A stretch of DNA of 64,000 bases. Source: Chitinophaga pinensis (GTDB lineage: Bacteria > Bacteroidota > Bacteroidia > UKL13-3). Of the stretch, positions 57,151 to 64,000 are shown in pieces (position 1 is the stretch's first letter; each line of letters starts with the position of its first letter). The stretch covers positions 13,653-77,652 of the forward strand of contig CAMBSD010000010.1 in NCBI GenBank assembly GCA_945870425.1, in the 5' to 3' direction. Below the pieces are notes generated by a model. It ran no database searches, was not told the DNA's origin, and was given only the letters and a program-made list of their open reading frames with translations. Position numbers and translations under genes: made by a program.

Positions 57151-58131
57151 TTATTGTTTTACAAATTTTTTGCTAACTACACCCATTTCTGTTTTGATGT
57201 TTATGAAATACAAGCCATTGTTCAATTCTGAAACATCCATGTTGTTTGAATTTGATGCGCTCATTATTTCTTGACCATTGATTTCTGAAACAATACATTC
57301 AAATGTTCTTATATTTTTAGGTAAATCAATAAACAATTGATTGGCTACTGGGTTAGGGAAAATACTTACATCATTTGATGATAATTTTTCTTCAAGGGAT
57401 TGTTTGATGCTGTATGTTAAATTGTCGATACAAAAATAAGTTGGTGTATTTATTCCAAAACCACCAAAAGTATCACTGGATGCAAAACTGAATGTTAGGC
57501 TATCGAAGCTACCAATTTTACTCAAATCAACCCATCTCCAATTTTTTACAATATAGTCTTTGCTATTGTCTGCAAATCTATAGTCAGCTAAATAAAAATT
57601 AACAATTGAATCCTTTTGTATGCCGTTTTTAAATCCTTTGAAACTTACCATTAAATAATCTGGGTAAGAACCTTGTGCTAAACCACTTTTGGTTCCACTA
57701 GTATCTCCAAATTTGCGGGTAAACGAATCACCTTTCTTCATATTGTAGTAGGCATAGGTATTGTTTGTGATATAAAAACCCATTACATCTTTATTTACTT
57801 TGATATGTCCATAACTATATGCTACACCATAATTATTTGAGTTGTCATAACCACCACCTGTAATGGAGTTCCCTTCATTTTTATAGCCTTCAGCCAATGT
57901 ATCTTTAAGGTTTGAAACTGCAAAGCCGCTCCAATATCCGCCAAATGCCGAATCATATTTGTTAGAATAAAATGCGCCACCGCTATTAAATCCTTTTTTC
58001 CAATCTTCACCTTTATTATAAGTATTCGGTGCAAGGGTGATGTCTTCAAAAGTTGAGACGAATTGTGCATTTACATTTAGTGAAAGCAGGCTGGTGATTA
58101 TAGCGAATAGTAATTTGTAGTTGTTTTTCAT
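57151..58131 (-). CDS. DUF4465 (BtuJ-like) domain fused to a T9SS type A CTD
   Basis: YWSGFAVSN, YITNNTYAY, FYLADYRF, WRWVDLS, NTPTYFCIDNL; CTD IFPNPV...GLYFINI...KKFVKQ. Confidence 0.88.
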   Translation of the reverse strand: MKNNYKLLFAIITSLLSLNVNAQFVSTFEDITLAPNTYNKGEDWKKGFNSGGAFYSNKYDSAFGGYWSGFAVSNLKDTLAEGYKNEGNSITGGGYDNSNNYGVAYSYGHIKVNKDVMGFYITNNTYAYYNMKKGDSFTRKFGDTSGTKSGLAQGSYPDYLMVSFKGFKNGIQKDSIVNFYLADYRFADNSKDYIVKNWRWVDLSKIGSFDSLTFSFASSDTFGGFGINTPTYFCIDNLTYSIKQSLEEKLSSNDVSIFPNPVANQLFIDLPKNIRTFECIVSEINGQEIMSASNSNNMDVSELNNGLYFINIKTEMGVVSKKFVKQ

Positions 58132-58142
58132 ATTTGTATAAT

Positions 58143-60071
58143 TTAAATTTTTATTGATAGTGTGAATTGATAATGACGCATGGGAACGGCCCTACTCACA
58201 ATCACTTGGTAGTTCTCGTTCCAAGCATTGTTTATATTTAGGTTATAGTTTAGAATTGTTTTTTTGATTTTGATGTTTTGACCAATGGAGAAATTGCCAA
58301 TAATATACGAATCTAACCATGCAGTGTTATCGCTCGTGGTGAATCGAATACCTGTGTATGTATGATTATATAAAACATAATACGACTTGATATTAGCTCC
58401 CAAAGTTATACTGTTTTTAAGTCTTGGCGAATAGGCTATTTGTTTGCCCAATGAAGCATCTCCATTTAAATAACTTTTTTCAATGATAGATTGACTAGCA
58501 TCATATAATGCCTTCATAAATATTCGAGAGTCTTTCATGGCAAAGCTGATATCTGCTTGTATTTCCAATCCCATGCTTTTTGTTTGGCTTATATTCATAG
58601 GGCTGCTGAAGCCATTGCTAATGGTCCATTGGATAAAATCATCCATATATCGGTTGTATAATGTTGAAGTAATTTCGCTCTGTATTATTTTGAAGTTGTC
58701 TTTTGGCAATATATATTTTATGGTGAATTCCTCTCCCCAACCTTGTTCGGGTTTAAGATGTATGTTTCCTTTGGCAAATGCATCATTCCAATATAATTCG
58801 TTAAAGGTAGGTAGCCTATAACTTTGGTTGATATTGTAAGATAGCTTTAAGTTTTTTATACCTGTATACTCAAAACCCAAAGAGGAAACTAGAGGCGCGT
58901 CTTGCTCATTGATGAATTCTTTACGGCTACTGAGGCAGCTGTTAAGTTTATGTTTGTTTGATACTATTTTATAAGATGCAAACAAAGCCAATCTATTTTG
59001 TTGCTTGCTCTCTGTATATGCATCTGAGTGTGCCTCTGTATAACTATAATTAGCAGATAATTGTAAAAAATGATTTTGGAAGGGGTGGAAATAATTTTCG
59101 ATAAAAGTATTGTATTGTATGCTGTTGGCTGAGCTTTTGCTTAGGTTGGTATCTCTATAGGCAATGCTTTCTTTTAATAATGCTGAGCGAAGATTCAATT
59201 GATAAAGCTTTCTCATGTATTTCCATTCAGTGCTTAATCTAAGGCTTTCGTCTTGTTGATTGGCTTTATTATCTGGGATATTTACGGCAGGTGGTATTTG
59301 TCTGTAGCTGCCTTGCACCCATAAGTGCAATGAAACCTGGTTGTGGGTGTTTATTTGCAGATATTCATCCCACAAAAGTCCACTTTGTTGCAGTTTTGCA
59401 TTGGTTTGCTTTTGTTCTTTTCCTTGGTTTAAAAAGGTATAACCATTGTCGCCCCATTGGTTGAATATTTTGATAGATGAGAAAGTTTTTTTATTGCCAT
59501 ACCACAATTTTAGAACTTGTTGTTGGTTGTTAAAGCTACCAATTGAATAGCTAATCTGGCTTCTTAATCCTGACTGAAACAAGGCTCCATTTTGAAGTAT
59601 TACTGAACCTCCCACAGCACCACTTCCATAAATGCTAGATGTGCTTCCATAGTCTATTGATACATTTTCAAATAAGCCTGCAGGTAGTAGCGCAAAATCT
59701 GCTTGTCCAAGCATGGGGCTTTGTAAGTTAAATCCATTCCAGAGTATTGCGGTTTGATTGGCCGAAGAGCCTCTAAAACCTGCTGTTGCCAGACCGCCTG
59801 CACCATAGGACTTAATAAATATTTGGCTGTATTTGCTCAATACCTCTGCCACCGAATTGGCTTGTTGGGTTTGGATAAATAAGGTATCAATATGTTGCGT
59901 TTTTACAGCTGTTTTAAATGCATCCAATTTATTTGTATAAATATCAACGGGCTTTAGATTTTTGTTGTGCAATACTTGCTTGTTGCTGTCAACCGGATCC
60001 GATTGATAAGCTTGTGCAACAGCCCATGCGCTTAGCACCAAACATAAAAGCATACAACAATATTTTTTCAT
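58143..60071 (-). CDS. btuB: TonB-dependent cobalamin receptor
   Basis: FIKSYGAGGLAT..FRG, GSGAVGG, YRLPTFNELYW, LKPEQG; first gene after the cobalamin riboswitch. Confidence 0.85.
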   Translation of the reverse strand: MKKYCCMLLCLVLSAWAVAQAYQSDPVDSNKQVLHNKNLKPVDIYTNKLDAFKTAVKTQHIDTLFIQTQQANSVAEVLSKYSQIFIKSYGAGGLATAGFRGSSANQTAILWNGFNLQSPMLGQADFALLPAGLFENVSIDYGSTSSIYGSGAVGGSVILQNGALFQSGLRSQISYSIGSFNNQQQVLKLWYGNKKTFSSIKIFNQWGDNGYTFLNQGKEQKQTNAKLQQSGLLWDEYLQINTHNQVSLHLWVQGSYRQIPPAVNIPDNKANQQDESLRLSTEWKYMRKLYQLNLRSALLKESIAYRDTNLSKSSANSIQYNTFIENYFHPFQNHFLQLSANYSYTEAHSDAYTESKQQNRLALFASYKIVSNKHKLNSCLSSRKEFINEQDAPLVSSLGFEYTGIKNLKLSYNINQSYRLPTFNELYWNDAFAKGNIHLKPEQGWGEEFTIKYILPKDNFKIIQSEITSTLYNRYMDDFIQWTISNGFSSPMNISQTKSMGLEIQADISFAMKDSRIFMKALYDASQSIIEKSYLNGDASLGKQIAYSPRLKNSITLGANIKSYYVLYNHTYTGIRFTTSDNTAWLDSYIIGNFSIGQNIKIKKTILNYNLNINNAWNENYQVIVSRAVPMRHYQFTLSIKI

Positions 60072-60204
60072 TGGTTTTGAAACAATTGTTGAGCCATGAG
60101 AATGAAAATGAATGAATACGAACGAGGAATGACAATAAAATTGAGATACACCTTTATCGCATCACACAGCCTTTTTTCCCGAAAGCTACAATGATAATAT
60201 TTGC

Positions 60205-60395
60205 CTAAGGCAGGTCTTCTGACTTGCACCATTTTTGTTAGTCTTCCCATTCCGCATAGCGGAACAGTGACAAGAAGGAAACAAAAATTTTTGATTTACT
60301 ATATTATAAATCGGTGGTTACAGCAGCGGGTACTGTTCAAGAATTTCACTTGATTCCCTTTTCATCCCGACCCGTGTCGGGAACCAAAAGCAATG
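60205..60395 (-). ncRNA. Cobalamin riboswitch
   Basis: Minus strand: TGGTT...AAAAGGGAATCAAGTGAAATTCTTGAACAGTACCCGCTGCTGTAA...GTCACTG...GGGAAGAC...AAGTCAGAAGACCTGCC (B12 box). Confidence 0.95.
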
Positions 60396-60396
60396 G

Positions 60397-60404
60397 CAAA
60401 ACTA
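60397..60404 (-). promoter_or_regulatory. -7 promoter box (TAGTTTTG) for the riboswitch-btuB transcript
   Basis: Exact TAnnTTTG match immediately upstream of the riboswitch. Confidence 0.7.
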
Positions 60405-60931
60405 CACCTAAACTTAATTTCTGCAAGTCTCTTTTTTGTATTTTGGCTCAAAGCCTGATACTCTAAGCAAGAAATTTTTTACTCAATCTACAAACAAATC
60501 TCAAAATTTAATCTCAAATTATCATTTATGAATCACCACTTATTTCTGTTTGGAGTGATCGCATCAATGTCACAGTTTGATGATATTGGTAAGACTTTAT
60601 TCGCATCTAATTCCAAATATGTCTTCAATTAAAGTGGACAAGGTGAAAATATTTTATACCTAATTTGCAATATTACCAATGAGGATTTATTATAAAAGTA
60701 GGAAAGGATTTAGTTTAAAAGAATTAGGGTGTCAAGTGTTTTTTTTAATTTTAGGTTCATTGAGTATTTTGATTTATATAGTATCTGTGGAAACTATTAA
60801 TATAAATTATACCATTGGGTAAATATGTTTATTCAATAACTTAACTGGTAAATACTTATTAAATTAGTTTGTAACTTAATTTTTTGGTGCAATATTTGTT
60901 TAATTGAATTTGCCGTAACATATTTGAATAC

Positions 60932-61390
60932 ATGAAAAAGCTAATAATATTTATCGCCATTCTTCCAATACTTGTATCATTTGCTCCTAAACAGCAAGAA
61001 ACCCTGAAATGGTATTCTTGGAACGAAGGTTATCCATTGGCTCAAAAACAAGGAAAAATTTTATTGATAGATGCCTATACCGATTGGTGTGGATGGTGCA
61101 AGCGCATGGATCGCGATACATACGCCAATGCGGATGTTGTAAAAAAACTTAACCAACATTTTATTGCCATAAAATTCAACCCTGAATTGAGCGATTTGAA
61201 ATATAAAGTTGATAGCCAAACCTATACAGCATCCGAATTTTTTGGTCAGATTAATAGGGGTGAGTCAACAGGTTTTCCTACCACCTATTTTATTTCACCC
61301 GTAAAACGCAGTTTGTTGATGCAACCGGGCTACCTTGGCCCTGCTGATTTTATGTCGGTCATGGATAAAGTTATCAGCGACAATAAATAA
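60932..61390 (+). CDS. Thioredoxin family protein (SoxW/DUF255-like)
   Basis: DAYTDWCGWCKRMD, GFPTT, signal peptide. Confidence 0.9.
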   Translation: MKKLIIFIAILPILVSFAPKQQETLKWYSWNEGYPLAQKQGKILLIDAYTDWCGWCKRMDRDTYANADVVKKLNQHFIAIKFNPELSDLKYKVDSQTYTASEFFGQINRGESTGFPTTYFISPVKRSLLMQPGYLGPADFMSVMDKVISDNK

Positions 61391-61455
61391 AAATGTTGAG
61401 ATTTATTATATATCCCTTTCAACAAATCAATTAGCTTTGCTGCTCCATTTTTATT

Positions 61456-63351
61456 ATGAGTGACGATATAAAACACGAATGTGGCATTGCCCTAATTCGA
61501 TTATTAAAACCCCTATCTTATTACCAAAAAAAGTATGGTTCAGCTCAATACGGCCTTCAAAAGCTTTATTTGTTGATGGAAAAGCAACACAACCGGGGCC
61601 AAGATGGTGCGGGAGTGGGCGTAGTGAAATTAGACCCTGAACCAGGTGAAACTTTCATCTACCGCAAAAGAGCGAATGCAAGTGGCGCCATTGCCGAGAT
61701 TTTTGATAGCATTTCGAAGAAAATTATTAAATCGGGAAGCAAAGAGCAAATGAACGATGCTGACTATGTGAAGAAAAACGTACCTTTTATGGGCGAGGTT
61801 TTGCTAGGTCACTTAAGATATGGCACACATGGTGGAAATAGTGTGGATTTATGTCACCCTTTCATTCGCGAAAACAATTGGATTAGCCGCAACTTGATGT
61901 TGGCAGGTAATTTCAACCTAACCAATGTGGACGAATTGTTTGATGTTTTGGTAAGTTTGGGGCAACATCCTGTTGAACGCGCTGATACCGTTACCTTGTT
62001 GGAAAAAATTGGTCATTTCTTGGATGATGAAGTGCAAAGAAATTTCACTCGTTTTAAACTAGAAGGTCATAGCAATAAGCAGATTACTGATAAAATTGCT
62101 GAAAATGTAAATGTTTCAAATATACTAAAGCGTGCTTTGAAAGAAGCCGATGGTGGATATGTGATGGCAGGTGTGATTGGCCACGGAGATGCTTTTGTGA
62201 TGCGTGATCCAAATGGTATCAGACCATGTTTTTACTACTATAACGATGAGTTTGCAGTGGTAACAAGTGAAAGACCAGCCATTCAAACGGGTTTCAATAT
62301 TCCCATTCGTGAAATAAAAGAACTAGGTGCTGGAAATGCCCTAATCATCAAGAAAAACGGACATATTGAAGAGGTGAGTATTAAGCCTGAATTAGAGAAA
62401 AAATCATGCTCATTTGAGCGTATTTACTTCTCAAGAGGAAATGACCGCGATATTTACAAAGAGCGTAAAATGTTGGGCTATTTGCTAGCCGACATTATTA
62501 TGAAACAAGTAGGTAACGACTTCAAAAACACCGTATTCTCATACATTCCAAACACTGCAGCTGTAGCTTTTTATGGTATGGTGGATGGTGTTACAGATTT
62601 GTTGGATGTTTGGAAAGCAGAGCAAATAGCCAAGCTAGGTGCGCAGCCTGACCCAACCCAAATCATGAATATCCTTAAAACCCACCCAAGGCGTGAACGC
62701 GTGGCAGTAAAGGATGCCAAACTAAGAACTTTTATTACAGATGATGCACATCGTGAAGACATGGTAGCACATGTGTATGACGTGACTTATGGTATCATTA
62801 ACAATGATAAGGATACACTTGTTGTTATAGATGATTCAATCGTTCGGGGTACTACTTTAAAACAAAGTATTCTGCGTATTTTAGATAGATTGCACCCTAA
62901 GAAAATAATTATTGTTTCATCAGCCCCTCAAATTCGCTACCCTGATTGCTATGGTATTGATATGAGTAAAATGAAAGACTTTATTGCTTTTCAAGCTTTG
63001 ATTGCATTAATAAAAGACCATAAGAAAGAGGCGGTTTTAGACAAGGTATATCAGAAATGTAAAGCCCAAGAAAGCAAACCTAAAGAAGAGATGGTGAATT
63101 ATGTGAAGGAATTATATGCCCTTTTTTCTGTAGAGGAAATTTCGGCTAAAATTTCTCAGATTGCCAAACCAAAAGAGATAAATGCCGAGGTTGAAGTGAT
63201 ATTTAATAGTATCGAAAACTTGCATAAAGCTTGTCCAAATCATACAGGCGATTGGTATTTTAGCGGTGATTACCCTACACCAGGCGGTAACAAAGTAGTA
63301 AACAAGGCCTTTATTAATTTTGTAGAAGGAAATAGCGGAAGGGCTTATTAA
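61456..63351 (+). CDS. purF: Amidophosphoribosyltransferase
   Basis: HECG, QHNRGQDGAG, GHLRYGT, CSFERIYFSR, IDDSIVRGTT, YGIDM; TAGCTTTG box at 61432-61439. Confidence 0.95.
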   Translation: MSDDIKHECGIALIRLLKPLSYYQKKYGSAQYGLQKLYLLMEKQHNRGQDGAGVGVVKLDPEPGETFIYRKRANASGAIAEIFDSISKKIIKSGSKEQMNDADYVKKNVPFMGEVLLGHLRYGTHGGNSVDLCHPFIRENNWISRNLMLAGNFNLTNVDELFDVLVSLGQHPVERADTVTLLEKIGHFLDDEVQRNFTRFKLEGHSNKQITDKIAENVNVSNILKRALKEADGGYVMAGVIGHGDAFVMRDPNGIRPCFYYYNDEFAVVTSERPAIQTGFNIPIREIKELGAGNALIIKKNGHIEEVSIKPELEKKSCSFERIYFSRGNDRDIYKERKMLGYLLADIIMKQVGNDFKNTVFSYIPNTAAVAFYGMVDGVTDLLDVWKAEQIAKLGAQPDPTQIMNILKTHPRRERVAVKDAKLRTFITDDAHREDMVAHVYDVTYGIINNDKDTLVVIDDSIVRGTTLKQSILRILDRLHPKKIIIVSSAPQIRYPDCYGIDMSKMKDFIAFQALIALIKDHKKEAVLDKVYQKCKAQESKPKEEMVNYVKELYALFSVEEISAKISQIAKPKEINAEVEVIFNSIENLHKACPNHTGDWYFSGDYPTPGGNKVVNKAFINFVEGNSGRAY

Positions 63352-63380
63352 TAGATAGTTTTTAACCTGAATAACATAAC

Positions 63381-64000
63381 ATGATTTTACGTTCCGAAAA
63401 TTTAGTTAAACGATACAAGAAACGCACTGTTGTTGACAATGTAAGTATTGAAGTAAACCAAGGAGAGTGTGTTGGATTGTTAGGACCAAATGGGGCAGGA
63501 AAAACCACTTCCTTCTATATGACAGTAGGTTTGATTAAGCCAGATGCAGGTCGTGTGTTACTAGATGGCGAAGAACTAACCAATTTGCCCATGTATAAAA
63601 GGGCTCAAAAAGGTTTGGGATATCTGCCTCAAGAGCCTAGTATTTTCAGGACATTGAGTGTAGAAGATAATATTAGATCGGTGATGGAAATGAATGATAT
63701 ACCTAAAGCCGAAATTGAAGAAAAGCTTGAATCCTTGATTAGCGAATTCACCTTACACAAAGTGCGCAAAAGCATGGGTAATGTGTTGAGCGGGGGCGAA
63801 AGACGTAGAACTGAGATTGCACGAGCCTTAGCCGTTAATCCGAAGTTTATTCTTCTTGATGAACCTTTTGCCGGTATCGACCCCATTGCTGTGGAAGATA
63901 TACAACAGATTGTATCTAGGCTTAAACATAAAAATATCGGAATATTGATTACCGACCATAATGTTCACGAAACCCTCTCTATTGTCGATAGAGCCTATCT
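63381..64000 (+). CDS. lptB: LPS export ABC transporter ATP-binding protein LptB; runs off the right window edge
   Basis: Not in the ORF track. [73 protein letters not shown]. Confidence 0.96.
   Translation, partial: MILRSENLVKRYKKRTVVDNVSIEVNQGECVGLLGPNGAGKTTSFYMTVGLIKPDAGRVLLDGEELTNLPMYKRAQKGLGYLPQEPSIFRTLSVEDNIRSVMEMNDIPKAEIEEKLESLISEFTLHKVRKSMGNVLSGGERRRTEIARALAVNPKFILLDEPFAGIDPIAVEDIQQIVSRLKHKNIGILITDHNVHETLSIVDRAY

Noticed and set aside
60068-60250. 60-aa ORF upstream of btuB as a possible leader peptide
   Set aside because: Lies across the riboswitch aptamer and expression platform; the RNA element explains the sequence.
60528-60632. 34-codon ORF MNHHLFLFGVIASMSQFDD... in the btuB-thioredoxin intergenic region
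   Set aside because: No TM helix, motif or terminator; cannot be distinguished from chance.
1862-62762. Numerous 60-130 aa ORFs nested in or antisense to long genes
   Set aside because: No motifs or initiation signals; explained as shadow frames of well-supported genes.
63629-63886. Minus-strand 85-aa ORF
   Set aside because: Antisense to lptB.
1-64000. CRISPR array, prophage, retron/DGR or known anti-phage operon
   Set aside because: I saw no regularly spaced repeat-spacer array and no cas, reverse transcriptase, integrase or phage structural genes. A diverged system could be missed without HMM searches.

Overview
AT-rich Bacteroidota chromosomal segment, judged from T9SS C-terminal sorting domains, TAnnTTTG -7 promoter boxes and A-rich translation starts without a Shine-Dalgarno. 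The backbone is housekeeping genes (ribD, prmC, cdsA, comEC, tRNA-Cys, panB, greA, ettA, corA, pdhC, purF, partial lptB). Between them lie several outer-membrane and secretion modules: (i) an 8.9-kb operon of a giant TonB-dependent receptor, a 1308-aa T9SS cargo protein and a PorV-like barrel; (ii) a VPS10/BNR beta-propeller protein whose usual N-terminal pro-domain appears to be encoded as a separate secreted gene; (iii) a HYC_CC_PP / HMA / TonB receptor / T9SS-protein putative metal operon; (iv) a cobalamin-riboswitch operon with btuB, a DUF4465-T9SS fusion, a btuG-like gene and a DUF5522 Cys-rich peptide. An accessory stretch (about 9.3-16.6 kb) holds a membrane-fused IstB/DnaC-like ATPase, an unannotated 34-aa membrane peptide, a SRAP gene and REP/RAYT debris. 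I saw no CRISPR array, rRNA, intact transposase, integrase or phage structural genes. All family assignments come from recognising motifs by eye; no database search was run.
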